A DNA stretch of 63,405 nt, the filler included, from Octopus bimaculoides (lineage: Eukaryota): assembly GCF_001194135.2 (NCBI RefSeq). It is 8 parts of 7 records of this genome, joined end to end, with 100 filler letters (N's around TTAATTAATTAA, not from the genome) between each part and the next. Parts side by side here need not be neighbours in the genome. Positions count along the whole stretch, not along the records: positions 1 to 29,841 come from NC_069010.1; 7 more parts are not named here. One strand, 5' to 3'. Position 1 is the stretch's first letter, and the number at the start of each line of letters is the position of its first letter. The position numbers were made by a program, and so were the translations under genes. Shown piece after piece: positions 12,860-25,577 of the stretch. A model generated the notes under the pieces. That model searched no databases and had not been told where the DNA came from. It worked only from the letters and a program-made list of their open reading frames with translations.

Positions 12860-13855
12860 CTATAGAAACTGCTCTTTTCCTTTCTCTCCTGTATGAATAT
12901 GTTTGTGTTTGGTTAAGGTAGCATTTTGAGAGAATGATTTACCGCAAATGTCACAATATGGCTTCTCTCCTGTATGAACACAGTTGTGTTTCTTTAAGCT
13001 ATTGCTTTGTGAGAATGATTTACCACAAACATCACAATTATATGGCTTTTCTCCTGTATGAATACGTTTGTGTGTTGCTAAGGCAGTATTTTGAGAGAAT
13101 GATTCACCACAAATATCACAATTATATGGCTTCTCTCCTGTATGAATACGTTTGTGTGTTGCTAAGGCAGTATTTTGAGAGAATGATTTACCACAAATAT
13201 CACAGTGATATGGCTTCTCTCCTGTATGAATACGTTTGTGTGCAGATAAACTAAAACTTTGAGAAAATGATTTACCACAGATCCCACAGTGATATGGCTT
13301 CTCTCCTGTATGAATACGTATGTGTTTCTTTAAGGTATTACTTAGAGAGAATGGTCTACCACAGACATCACAATGATATGGTTTCTCGCCAGTATGAATA
13401 AGTTTGTGTGAAGTTAAGTGAATATGTTGAGTGAATGATTCACCACAGACATCACAATGATATGATCTCTCTCCTGTATGAGTACGTTTGTGCACAGCAA
13501 CATGATTTCTTAAAGAGAATGATTTTCCACAAATATCACAATGATATGGTTTCTCTCCAGTATGGATATATTTGTGTCTAGATAAGTTACTACTCTTAGG
13601 GAATGATTTACCACAGATATCACATTGATATGGCTTCTCTCCTGTATGAGTACGTTTGTGCACAGCAACCTGATTACTTCGAGAGAATGATTTACCACAG
13701 ATATCACATTGATATGGCTTCTCTCCTGTATGAGTACGTTTGTGCGTAATCAGGTTACTTTTTCGAGAGAAGGACTTTCTACAGATATCACAGTCATAAG
13801 ATCTCATCTCTTTTATTATGTCTTCAGGGGAAATAATTTTCTCACTCTTATCCAT
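12860..13855 (-). CDS. C2H2 zinc-finger protein, 11 tandem fingers, about 331 aa, single coding exon (ZNF-1)
   Basis: Uninterrupted ORF of CxxC-x12-HxxxH units with TGEKP linkers; first ATG at 13855 (the ORF track starts at TTG 13870) aligns with the ATG of the paralog; upstream acceptor tctataatttcAG| at 14201 conserved at 27230. Confidence 0.95.
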   Translation of the reverse strand: MDKSEKIISPEDIIKEMRSYDCDICRKSFSRKSNLITHKRTHTGEKPYQCDICGKSFSRSNQVAVHKRTHTGEKPYQCDICGKSFPKSSNLSRHKYIHTGEKPYHCDICGKSFSLRNHVAVHKRTHTGERSYHCDVCGESFTQHIHLTSHKLIHTGEKPYHCDVCGRPFSLSNTLKKHIRIHTGEKPYHCGICGKSFSQSFSLSAHKRIHTGEKPYHCDICGKSFSQNTALATHKRIHTGEKPYNCDICGESFSQNTALATHKRIHTGEKPYNCDVCGKSFSQSNSLKKHNCVHTGEKPYCDICGKSFSQNATLTKHKHIHTGEKGKEQFL

Positions 13856-14299
13856 TACTTTTCCTCTCAAATCCCAGTCAATATATTCTTCTTGCTTTTG
13901 TTTTTATACTTTATTCCTTACATACATTTCTGCTGTTGTATTTCTGTCCATTGTTATCTTTGTTTCACAAAGCTTCCATGAATTTATCAAGCTTTGATCA
14001 GCACACAAGCTTCTCTTCTTCACACTCTAGTCAATAATGTTAAGAAATTTGGCTAATAATTTTATTTCAGAGCAAATGTTTCACAAGAATTCTTCCAAAG
14101 ATTTGTAGAAACAATGTTATACATCTGTTTTGTAGAATATTTTCCTTTAGTCTTTAAAACATGGTGGCTATTGAGGATGCTTCTTCTGTCATCTGATGTT
14201 CTGAAATTATAGAGACACAACAGTAAAATGTAGAGGCAACTTAAAAAATACAGATTCATTTCTATTGAGATAAACTGTAGAAATAAACATTTACCTTAA

Positions 14300-14790
14300 A
14301 AATGGAGCTGGATGCCAACTGTTCCATAAAGAAGTGCCAATCTCTCAAAGTAGATGGAAGAAGTGGAAGTGGGATACGCAAGAAGACATGGGATGAAGTG
14401 CTGATGAGCAAACTCAGGATGCTGAACCTTTCAGGTGATATGATGAAGACCAAGATGACTGGCACTCCGCTGTACTCAAGAAGACCCACAGCAGAAGTAT
14501 TCAGACTCACCCTTCTGGTGGCCAACAGCACTTATGAGTGTTCTTCATAAAAGTGGATGTGCAGTGCCACCACATGAAAGCAAGTGTGGTGGCACATAAA
14601 AGTTACCCTGCATTGCCACATAAAGGCACCCTGTGCACTGTGAAGTGGTTGGCAGTAGGAAAGGTATCTAGCTGTAGAAACCATCACAAACCAGACTGGA
14701 GAGTGCTGCAGCTTGTCAGCTCGGGCCAAACCATGCAACCCCTTCCAGATGACAATGGCGTTACCATTTGAATTCATAAAAGCCGACATC
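14300..14790 (+). mobile_element. RTE LINE 3' end (ORF C-terminus plus 3' UTR)
   Basis: KKCQSLKVDGRSGSGIRKKTWDEV matches the RTE C-terminal GRGRPxKTW motif; followed by the gtggttggc..aggaa..cagctgtagaaac UTR family; absent in unit 2. Confidence 0.65.
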
Positions 14791-16460
14791 ATAGAATCTT
14801 GTGTGAAGCTTACATATTTCTAACCTACACTGACACCTTCACATTGAATATTGGACACTAATATTAGTCTTTCTCCAGAAATATAACTTGGCATTGTTGT
14901 TTACATCCAGGTCAGTTCTGACTGAACAGATATGTGATTATAGACATTCCATCCATGAACATCCTGTCTATTTCTATAACGTTTAATATCTATTACTACA
15001 CCATGCAATACAGTCTTTAATATTCTTCATTGGAAGGGGAAATTGACAGGAAATGTGCTGTTATTTCTAGCAGGTCGTACAATCATATGGATAGTCGCAG
15101 AACCTAATTTTTTTATGATTGATCAAAACAAGAATAAACATTGACGAATAACAAAAAGCCAACTGAATTAGAAAAACAAAAAGAAAATGTTAAACAACTT
15201 TGATTTCCATCCATGTGATTTCAAGTTCAATCCCATAGAGCAAGTGTCTTCTTTAATAGCACCAGTGCACCTAAAACCATCTGAGTGGATTTGATAGACA
15301 GAAACTGAAAGAAGGTTGTCCTCTGTGTGTGTGTTTGTGTGTCTTCATATTACTGAATAAATGTCAATGCACATCAACATGAAAATATGTGCAGACATGG
15401 GGAAATATTACCTTGCTTGGAAACTAATGNNNNNNNNNNNNNNNNNNNNNNNNNNNNNNNNNNNNNNNNNNNNNNNNNNNNNNNNNNNNNNNNNNNNNNN
15501 NNNNNNNNNNNNNNNNNNNNNNNNNNNNNNNNNNNNNNNNNNNNNNNNNNNNNNNNNNNNNNNNNNNNNNNNNNNNNNNNNNNNNNNNNNNNNNNNNNNN
15601 NNNNNNNNNNNNNNNNNNNNNNNNNNNNNNNNNNNNNNNNNNNNNNNNNNNNNNNNNNNNNNNNNNNNNNNNNNNNNNNNNNNNNNNNNNNNNNNNNNNN
15701 NNNNNNNNNNNNNNNNNNNNNNNNNNNNNNNNNNNNNNNNNNNNNNNNNNNNNNNNNNNNNNNNNNNNNNNNNNNNNNNNNNNNNNNNNNNNNNNNNNNN
15801 NNNNNNNNNNNNNNNNNNNNNNNNNNNNNNNNNNNNNNNNNNNNNNNNNNNNNNNNNNNNNNNNNNNNNNNNNNNNNNNNNNNNNNNNNNNNNNNNNNNN
15901 NNNNNNNNNNNNNNNNNNNNNNNNNNNNNNNNNNNNNNNNNNNNNNNNNNNNNNNNNNNNNNNNNNNNNNNNNNNNNNNNNNNNNNNNNNNNNNNNNNNN
16001 NNNNNNNNNNNNNNNNAGTTCCACTATTGTTTTTAGATTCAATTATCTTTTGTTTGTGTCAGATAAGGTCTGAAAATAAAGTAGTTTCATTTTCAAATGA
16101 AACTGCTGAAAAGATTTGGGTTAATATGCAGTTTCCACACATAAAATAGTGAAGGTAAATTGCCCTTAAAAAAATGAAGGGATTCTGTGATAGAAACCTG
16201 GAGCTGACAACAGTGACATCCCAGAATTTCATGTAAACAATGTATGTAATTATAACTAATGTATCCAATGCATAAACGTAAATATATTTAATATGAAAAC
16301 TGAACATGTATTTTATATAAGATGGAAACAATCACAATTGCAGGGAAAAAAAAAATAGTTATTGATGCATGAAATTAGATTCATAAAGATTTATTCTCGA
16401 TCTCTAAATTTGGTTTGCTGCAGATGTTCATGAACATGTGGAGTGAATAAATGATTACTG

Positions 16461-16836
16461 GGCACAATGTCTGTCTGTGTGATAAAAAGCTTGCTTTCCA
16501 ACCACCAAGTTCCGAGTTTAGTCCCACTGCATGACAACAAGTGTCTTCTAATATAGTCCCAAGCCGACGAAAGCCTTATGAGTGGATTTGATAGATGGAA
16601 ACTGAAAGAAGCCTGTCATACATATATACATATATATATATATACACGTGTGTGTGTGTATTTGTTCCTGTGTCTGGTTATTTCTGCATGATCACTTAAA
16701 AATCGATTTTGCTGTATTTAGTTCTGCGTAACTTAGCAGCTCGGCAAAAGGAACTACAAGAATAAGTACCAGGCTAAAAAATAAACCTCGATGTTGATTT
16801 GTTCAAAGGCGGTCAAGTGACTGAAACAAGTAAAAT
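16461..16836 (+). mobile_element. tRNA-derived SINE family C
   Basis: Degraded A/B-box head, gtcttct..tatag..gagtggattt..gatggaaactgaaagaagcc body, internal (TA/TG)n, gactgaaacaagtaaaa tail. Confidence 0.75.
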
Positions 16837-18737
16837 AGTAATTCCACATATCCATCACCCTTCTATATTCCGTCTACGGATGCTGACATCATTTGGATCA
16901 ACAAACCTGAGTGAATTGTTGACAATTTAACGGATATACAAGTTGCTGAGACCCACACAGGACCACCCCAATCGAATATCAAACGTGTTTCATCAAATAT
17001 TCGTATATTACTGTCGTCACTACTGGTTTTTATCATAAAATTACTTTTTGAAGGGCATTTTACTTTCACAGAATATAGATTTTTATTTAGCAACAGATTT
17101 TTACAGGAATAAAAGAAAGAAAAAAACAATAAAAGCATAAAAGACTAAACCCCTCCCCACCCATTTTCTACTCGTTAATCCTGCCCTACTTCTTTCTTTC
17201 CCTTTGTTTCGTTGGTGAAGTAATTCCCTTTTCTCTCTCGATAATTTCATCTTTTATACTTTTCATGTTTTCTCCTTCATCTCTTCCTCTAAAAATGTTG
17301 CCAAATAAAAATTTATATTTTATTATACGAACAAAAACAAAATCACCCATTTACTTCCATGCTTTCACGACGTTATACTACACTACACCCAAGAATTGTA
17401 ATCGTATTCTGTGTCTTAAAAGCGGATGGTAATCAGATTTTCATAACATTTTCATAGAAAGCCTCACACTCACATCATTTTCAAAAGCGTGGTGAAGAGA
17501 ATTTGAAAAAATCCCCCTCAAAATGGATAATATCCAATTTATATGGACGAGCTATACAGATGCTACACCTTACTTTTTAGCATAATTTTAAATCTACAAG
17601 TATGAAAAAGCAAAGTCGAGGTGTATAAATTATCCATAACCCTCATTCAATTATACTTTTCTTTTCACAAATTCATACACAATCCTTATCAACACTAACT
17701 GAAACGTACTTTCAGAAAATTATATTTCAAATTACCCATTTTTCAGTAAGTTATGAGGAAACAAATTACCATCTGGTTGGGCACACATCAATAGTAATAC
17801 CGAGAAACAATCGATAAATTAAAATAAAATATTGGTTTCCAAATATTTTGGTGGTTGGAGAGTATTTGAGAATATTTCTCAAATTAAAACACACAACAAA
17901 CGGTAATTTTTCAGATTTTCACTCAGAAACAAATTCGATTTTTTGCATGGAATCAAATACCCTGGCCTCCCATACTTTGGTTCGGAAAACGGGGNNNNNN
18001 NNNNNNNNNNNNNNNNNNNNNNNNNNNNNNNNNNNNNNNNNNNNNNNNNNNNNNNNNNNNNNNNNNNNNNNNNNNNNNNNNNNNNNNNNNNNNNNNNNNN
18101 NNNNNNNNNNNNNNNNNNNNNNNNNNNNNNNNNNNNNNNNNNNNNNNNNNNNNNNNNNNNNNNNNNNNNNNNNNNNNNNNNNNNNNNNNNNNNNNNNNNN
18201 NNNNNNNNNNNNNNNNNNNNNNNNNNNNNNNNNNNNNNNNNNNNNNNNNNNNNNNNNNNNNNNNNNNNNNNNNNNNNNNNNNNNNNNNNNNNNNNNNNNN
18301 NNNNNNNNNNNNNNNNNNNNNNNNNNNNNNNNNNNNNNNNNNNNNNNNNNNNNNNNNNNNNNNNNNNNNNNNNNNNNNNNNNNNNNNNNNNNNNNNNNNN
18401 NNNNNNNNNNNNNNNNNNNNNNNNNNNNNNNNNNNNNNNNNNNNNNNNNNNNNNNNNNNNNNNNNNNNNNNNNNNNNNNNNNNNNNNNNNNNNNNNNNNN
18501 NNNNNNNNNNNNNNNNNNNNNNNNNNNNNNNNNNNNNNNNNNNNNNNNNNNNNNNNNNNNNNNNNNNNNNNNNNNNNNNNNNNNNNNNNNNNNAGAATTT
18601 TCATACCCGATAATGGGTTTTTTTTTTTGCTAAAACAAAAATAAAAATAAAAAATTTGGGAGGAAGTTTTTTCAAGAGCATGTATGTATGTAGACAGGTA
18701 AACATTTACTTACCTCTTTGCTGTCAAAAAAATGGAT

Positions 18738-19296
18738 CATCATCATCATCATCATCGTCGTTTAACGTCTGCTTTCCATGCTAGCATGAGTTGGACGATT
18801 TGACTGAGGACTGGTGAAACCAGATGGCTACACCAGGCTCCAATCTCATTTGGCAGAGTTTCTACAGCTGGATGCCCTTCCTAACGCCAACCACTTCAAG
18901 AGTGTAGTAGGTGCTTTTACATGCCACGCTCAAAATGGTGTATTTTACGTACCACTTGCACAGGAGCTAGTTCGGTGGCACTGGCAACGATCTCACTCGA
19001 ATGTCTTTACACGTGCCAGGAAGGCGATGCTGGGCACAGGTGCCATTGACGGTTTCGCTTTCGCTTGCCCCAATAGATCTTTGCAAGCCGAGTTTCGTTT
19101 CCAATGAAGGAGACGACGTTGGCATGGGTGCCAGTCGTCGAATTTAANNNNNNNNNNNNNNNNNNNNNNNNNNNNNNNNNNNNNNNNNNNNNNNNNNNNN
19201 NNNNNNNNNNNNNNNAATGAAGGAAGGTATGTATAAGTGGGCTGCCTGAGGCCTTCAATTTAGGTCTCACTTGGATTGCCGGGTCTTCTCACGCAC
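18738..19296 (-). mobile_element. RTE 3' UTR insertion with (GAT)n tail, splitting a larger inverted-repeat arm
   Basis: (cat)n tail at 18738-18760; body matches 29045-29560; the two flanks rejoin to match the reverse complement of 21345-21467. Confidence 0.7.
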
Positions 19297-19879
19297 AGCA
19301 TTCTCAACAAAACACACTTTATGTTGGATCAGTCGAGCTTTGTATCAGTGTTTTACGCAAAAACAAAACTCTTTTATGCTGAAACTAATTTTCGTGGGGG
19401 TGGGGGTGGAGGAAGGCAGTTGAGCGATGTCTCATTCTTTGCTATATATATATATATAACAATGAACCATTTCTTAAACATACACGATATAGTCTATAAA
19501 TTTAGGATGTTTTTGAAAGATAATATATTTTATCATCAGAATATATATACTTTCTCACACAACAATTAAGATATTTTTATTTTAAATCATTCATCTTTCT
19601 CTCCTCGCCCACACTCACACAAAAATTAGTTAGGGCACAGAAGATTTTTGCTGTAAAACTTTGAGAGAGAAAGAGAGGACAGGGAAAGAGGTGAGAGAGA
19701 TCAGAAACATAGAAATAAGAACGCGACATTTGCTGACCTGTTGAATAAGTGAGAGGATGTCCTGCGCCTTTTGCAAATACAAATATTATATTTGCATCCG
19801 TGACTTTTTTGAGGAAGACGGAAAAGCTACAGAATTCCTTCGGAATCATAGTGTCCTTCTTCCCACTTCTGTGACATGT

Positions 19880-20600
19880 CCTCGATGTGGAAACCAATGA
19901 GTGTTCAGAGAGGATCAACATGTCTGGCGATGTAGTAAAAGTTACACTGTCGCCAAATCGAAAAAGTGGCGTCAGTGTGGCTATATCGGACTTTCATGGG
20001 TCCTTTCTTCATAATGCACGCATTCCACTATGGAAACTCATTCTGTTTGTAAATGAATTTCTGCAGTCTTCACGGATGCATTACTCAGTCATGGAAAACC
20101 TGGAATTGGGTTCAGCAACTAGTGTGGACTGGAGATCGTTTTGTTCCGAAGTCACGGAAAAGTGGTTTCAATCTCAGGAACCGATCAGCGGTGAATCAAT
20201 CGAAGTCGAAATTGATGAGTCTTTGATTGTTCGTCGTAAGTACAGGAAGGGTAGAATTCTGAGCCAAGTTTGGTTGTTTGGTGGAATAGAGTGAATCAGT
20301 AAATGTCGTTTTGTTGTGCCTCTTATTAATAAGTGTGACAAAGCGACACTGATTCCTCTGATTCAAAAACATATCAAACCAGGCTCAATTATTTACAGCC
20401 ATTCTTGGGCTGCCTACAAAGATCTAAGCAGTTTGGGTTACCACCAGTATGTGGTAAACCATTCTGAAAATTTGTACATCCGACACACACACACAAAACA
20501 TTGAACGTTTGTGGAGAGATGTAAAAGAATGGAGTCGGCGACCAGGGATCTGGTCGAAATATTTAAATCAATATCTGTCTAGATATCTATTTATCTCCTC
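19880..20600 (+). mobile_element. Merlin (IS1595/ISXO2-type DDE) transposase pseudogene
   Basis: VEIDESLIVRRKYRKGRILSQVWLFGGIE*...TLIPLIQKHIKPGSIIYSHSWAAYKDLSSLGYHQYVVNHSEN; premature stop at 20292-20294, second catalytic D reads H. Confidence 0.9.
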
Positions 20601-20707
20601 GGAGAGAAATAAACTTGTGTTACTCCACAAATTTTTTTGGCAGGCAGCCTACTTATAAGTCCCCCTCACATACCAGTCACACTTTGCAACTGCTTAATCG
20701 CAATTCT

Positions 20708-20855
20708 AGGGGTGCTAATGCAAATTTTCACCTCTCCTAGAAAAATGCATTTTTCTGAAAAATGTTTATTTGGATTCTTAGGTTTTATACGTCAAAATAA
20801 ACTTTTTCAAAACAATGCATTTCTGAAGAGGAGGTGTGAATCTGCATTAGCCCCA
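20708..20855. mobile_element. Short element with Merlin-type TIR pair
   Basis: gggg(t)gctaatgcaaattttcacctctcc...ggaggtgtgaatctgcattagcccc; same TIR family as 22482-22955; no TSD seen. Confidence 0.6.
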
Positions 20856-21821
20856 TCCCCAAATCCTTTTAGTGGGTGCATCAAAGAGCTTTTCTGTCAT
20901 CCTCATAAACCTCATGGATGCGAAAATGAAAGCTGACATATATAACAACAGGTATGCAGAACATATATTTCCGTACTTTCTGTTTATTTGCATAAGTCAT
21001 TGATATTGTTGTACGCGCACACTCAGGCACAAATGGCATTTGGCTGTTGTTTTTAGGATATCAACATTTACAGTTTCAGTCAGTTTGGAGTTTTTCATAG
21101 AAAATTTGAGATTAAAAAAAAAATTTCCATATTTTTAATGTTTTTTTTCCACGTACATTGAAAAATTTTGTAAAAGTCTAGCAGTACATATGCAACTTTT
21201 ATTCTCTCTCTCTCCCTCACGCAAAGATATGTTCATTTTAAATCGCTTCTCTAGAGAAACGACATTCTCCCCTACCAACACCACCACAACACACAAAAAT
21301 TAGTTTGCGTGCGAAAGATTTTTGCTTTTTTGTACAAAGCTTGTTTATTTGGTACAAAGCTTGACTATTCTAGCATAAAAGTGTGTTTGGTGAGAATTAA
21401 TCCATTTTTTTGACAACAAGAGGTAAGTAGCAGTTTGTCTGAATTTTTACCTGTCTACATACATGCTATTATATATNNNNNNNNNNAACTATGTAATTCA
21501 TACCCTGGAAATTATATTTCTGTAAAATGTTGGGAGTGGGTGAAACTTCCGAGGCTTCTACCTCACCCCACTTCATTTTTCGGACCAAAAATGGTTTTGT
21601 AGCATATTAGGATGGGTAATCTTACCATGTCACAGGAAAAAAAAAATTCCAATTCGCCCACCCCTATTCCGAACCTAAATAATGGATTTGCAGCATATTA
21701 AGAGGTCAGGGTACTTCATTCCACGCAAAAAATCCGATTTTTTATTTTTGGTGAAAATCGTGCGGGTGTTAATCTGAAAAATTACCCAAACTAACCAGGC
21801 AACAATGGAGAGGGCAGAAGG

Positions 21822-22090
21822 TAGCTTCCATACCTAGAAGAAATATCAGCCGAATCTCGAACAAATAAGACGTTTCTCTTCCATACTGAGAAATATCGAC
21901 CAAGTATCGCACAAATCATAGAATAACCTATTTCATAGCTAGAAATACCAGCCATATCTAGAATAAATAAGACATCTCGCTTCCATACCAAGAAATATCG
22001 ATCAAATATCGCACAAATAAATGAATATCTCTTTCGTAGCTAGAAATAACAGCTAAATCTTGCACAAAACCAAGGACATCTCTCATTCAT
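21822..22090. repeat. Minisatellite, about 102-bp unit, about 2.5 copies
   Basis: aaataagac at 21863 and 21965; shared cttccatac..agaaatatcga..atcgcacaaat..tagctagaaata. Confidence 0.7.
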
Positions 22091-22180
22091 AAAACAGAAA
22101 AGACACAAAGAATCGAGGAGCCAAAAACCGAAAGTCTACAGAATTAAAAACACTGAATGTTTCCATTGTTTAATACTTAC

Positions 22181-22329
22181 GGAAATTCTTCATAAAGGAT
22201 GTGTTGTTATATATATATGCGCGTGCTGGTTGGGAATTGCATTGTAAATATTATTCTGAATGTATTGTCAGCTGTTTAAGAGAAGTTCTTGCGAAAGAGA
22301 TCAAGTGGAAGTAGTCAATGCGCATGCGT
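22181..22329 (-). promoter_or_regulatory. Candidate promoter and non-coding exon 1 of ZNF-1
   Basis: TGCGCATGCGT at 22319-22329; donor CC|GTAAGT at 22181/22180; paralogous to 6956-7125. Confidence 0.55.
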
Positions 22330-22481
22330 ATCTTCTATCGGAAATACATAAGGTATGTAACTCTGTTTAAAACCCTTTATGTTGCAGCTAATAAATTGAC
22401 CTGCGTGTGTTTAAGCGTGTAGTGACCATCCTATCCGAAGCTTTTATACGTGGCTGCTCAATATGCCCTTCCAGTTCTTAC

Positions 22482-22955
22482 GGGGCTAATGAAGTTTCGC
22501 ACCTCTCCTTGAAAAACGCATTTTTTTTCGAAAAATATTTTCGGATCTCTACGTTTTAGAGGNNNNNNNNNNGGAGATTCCGAATATGCAAGGAACCATG
22601 TTTTCTAAATTTCAAATTCAATAAGCATATACATAGGTGTATAAAGAGATAGATATGAATGTCTTCCTGGGGCTAAAAACAACAGTAACACTGTCTTCTA
22701 TAGAACCGCTGCATTTAGTTGAATAAACGGACAGGGATAGATAGATAAATAAATGGATAGATAAATAAATGGATAGATAGATAAATAGATAAATAAATGG
22801 ATGAAAATGTTCAAAATCTAAAATTGGTGGAGGGAATGATATTTTTTCTTTCTTTTTGTATATCTGTAATCTCCGATATCTAAAACGTAGGAATCCGAAC
22901 ATTTTTTTTTTAAAACAATGCATTTTTCAAGGAGGTACGAAACTGCACTAACCCC
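22482..22955. mobile_element. Non-autonomous Merlin-type MITE with 8-bp TSD
   Basis: TIRs ggggctaatgaagtttcgcacctctccttgaaaaacgca / tgcatttttcaaggaggtacgaaactgcactaacccc; TSD gttcttac (22474-22481) / gttctttc (22956-22963); single gttctttc at the paralogous empty site near 7282. Confidence 0.85.
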
Positions 22956-23807
22956 GTTCTTTCATAATTCATATTTCAAATGAACCGCATTAGATCATTC
23001 ACACAACGTAAATATCTTAATTAGATATGTTTGGATTCTTATGGGAACGGAGCTGTTTAAATGTGACGATTCATAACAACAAAGAACACGTGGAGTTAGT
23101 TTTGTGGGTTTTAGCTACAATTAATTCATGCTTTGTGTCTCCGTTTCTTAGGTTTTTGTTTACAGTTGCCTTTCTTTTTACTTGCCTCATTCAGCATGAA
23201 GTAATATGGTTTACTGTCAAAATTCTTTGATCAAACCTAATAAATATTCCTTACACATACACACGGCAAGAGCTACATAGTTTTATAAAGAGAGAGTGTG
23301 AGATAAATATATAGTTTACTATGATGAGAGTTAAAAACGAAAGAGTTTTTTTTTTGCCGTCACAGATTTTGACCCTTTAAAAGTAACTGAAAATGTTCAA
23401 ACTTTGAATATTGAAGTAGTTTTTCACACTGAATCCCAGCTTGTGATTAATTTATTCCAGAAAAGTGTTAGAGAGGTTTGGAGTTTGATCATTTTACCAA
23501 ATCAGAAAACAGGATTTGTACATGATAGCTGTGATAAAATGAAAGCAAACAGTTAAAGACGAAGTTTTAAACAAAACGAAGGCAATGCGCGAGAGATAAT
23601 AATATACAAAGGGAGAGAAACATAAAACATGTGGTAATTAGTAAGAGAGATTGATGTTGATAAATAAAGAGTAAATATAAAAGTGAGTTATTTCTCATAG
23701 ATTATATAATTTTTATTATTATTTACAGATAAATTAATTTTTTTTTTTACTATTATTTATGGACGATCACAGATTGTTTGCAATTTTGTAAATTATAAAA
23801 TTAAGAC

Positions 23808-24560
23808 AAAGGATTTTCTGGCTAAATTTCACAATATTTTATGTCTTTTTTCAGAAAATATCTTTATTTATTGGTGAACTGTCAATTTTGTGGCAGAGCA
23901 TAAAGATTAACGTTGTAGTCAAAATAAAATTAGCTAACAGGACTGGAAGCCAGCTGAATACTGTAAGAGAGTTACCTGTTTCATGATGATACACACTGGG
24001 CATAAAAATACCAACATTATGATTGCTGCTCAGTACTTTCTGAACACTGTAAAAGACAAGCCTAATATGGACAGCAGCAACAGAGACTACAAAGTCATGA
24101 CCAGCAAGAAAGAATACAGAAGGTTCATCTCTGGATCTGTCACTTGACTGCTTGTTATACTTCCACAAAGAGTCAGAAGTGGTGGTTAGAAAATTTCTAC
24201 CACTTCTCCAGCCCTAAATTCTGGCCTCCTAATTCCCCTGATTTTAATCCCCAGGATTATCATTTGTGAGGCACAGTTGAGAAAGACACCAACTGCTCGC
24301 TTTCGACATCAAGATCAGTGTTTCAAGATTTCTCCAGGGACAAAGGGAGGGACACATATGCCAGGCTCTGGAGCTGTGTTCGGATCATAGTGGAAGCTGA
24401 GGGTGGCTACTTTGAGTAAACTGCTGTCTCCCAGCCATAATCTAGTTGATATTTTTGGTCTTTTAATATACTTTTATTTTTAATATACTTTTATTTAATA
24501 TACTTTTATTTTATTTTTGTTTCAGTCATTTTCATGCAAACGTAACCCAAACACCCTGCA
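23808..24560 (+). mobile_element. maT/DD37D-like transposon remnant (unit 2)
   Basis: FWPPNSPDFNPQDYHL*GTVEKDTN; right TIR aacccaaacaccctg at about 24545-24559; orthologous position to 9950-10825. Confidence 0.75.
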
Positions 24561-25262
24561 TGTATAAAGCCACATGTTGTTAACTTCATCAAACATAGAA
24601 TAAATGACACTAGAAATAGATGACAGGTGAACTGGCTTTTGTTTAGAATTATCAGGTAAACAGCTATATCGAGTTGTTAATACATAAAGATAGGGTGTAG
24701 TTGTTGTGCATCATGTAAATATCTCTGAGTAGACAGAATAAAAGAGAAATGTTACATCTGTAACAGCCAGCAAAGAAAGAGATGAAATCACATCTTTATG
24801 TCTCTGACATTACTGACACAAGTCATGTTGCTTCTGTTACAGGTGTCAAGTAAAAGAAAGAGAGCATTCTATTTACTGTTCCATTTCTATAAAAATTTCA
24901 TAGGTTATCTAGGCTGAACTGAATTTAACCTCACATATTGCAGAAGTGGATAAGTTTATCAGAGTGGAACAAAATTGACAAAGGATAGTGAGAAATCACC
25001 TCCAAATCGTTGTTTCTCAACTTTATGAAAATCATCATAATTTTGGCACTTGAAAACTTATCTCTGCAAAGTTTCATTTAAAGAAATCGTTATTCAGAAA
25101 CTAACAGGGAATCAGTCTGGTTTGGGGCACTAAATTATACTTATGCCTCATGTTCTTCCTTCATGATCTCTTTTGTTTTGTATTTGGAGACATTGTTTAT
25201 ATTCATATTTGACAACTTTACAATATTCCTGAGTATAAAAAATTAATAACATATATAATTGT

Positions 25263-25577
25263 ACATTATTTACAATTGACGGGTATTTGTCCTCATCTTG
25301 TTTGTTGTTAACACAAACGTTTTGGCTGATATACCCTCCAGCCTTCATCAGGTGTCTTGGGGAAATTTCGAACCTGGGTTCTCATTCCTAAAGTATTTTT
25401 CGATATTATTATTATTATTAATAATAACAACAACATCGAAAAATACCTTAGGAATGAGAACCCAGGTTCGAAATTTCCCCAAGACACGTTTTAACAAGAA
25501 ACAAGATGAGGACAAATGGACAAATATCCATCAAATGTAAATAATGTACATAATTCATCTCTTAAATATATAACTGT
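25263..25577. mobile_element. Head-to-head palindromic dimer of the family-D element body, with 12-bp direct repeats
   Basis: Arms about 25263-25404 (-) and 25432-25577 (+) around an (ATT)/(AAT) spacer; ATATATAATTGT at 25251-25262 and 25578-25589; absent at the paralogous site near 12640. Confidence 0.8.
25310..25356 (-). ncRNA. Degenerate minimal hammerhead ribozyme (family D)
   Basis: GACAC-CUGAUGA-A-GGCUG(loop 10)CAGCC-AAAA-CGUUU-GUGUU; stems I and II intact, core GAAA mutated to AAAA. Confidence 0.55.

Noticed and set aside
12934-13254. Antisense repetitive ORFs over the ZNF genes (also 25942-26181, 26443-26772)
   Set aside because: Expected shadow frames of 84-bp finger repeats
12860-13855. 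84-bp periodic repeat as a CRISPR-like array
   Set aside because: The periodicity is the C2H2 finger unit in a eukaryotic ORF; there is no repeat-spacer structure or cas gene
14201-14294. 94-nt GT-AG intron that would exonise the antisense RTE upstream of ZNF-1
   Set aside because: The donor is not conserved in ZNF-2 and no matching acceptor was identified
16863-17110. Protein-like plus-strand frame with one stop (IPSTDADIIWINKPE*IVDNL...)
   Set aside because: No recognisable family or splice boundaries
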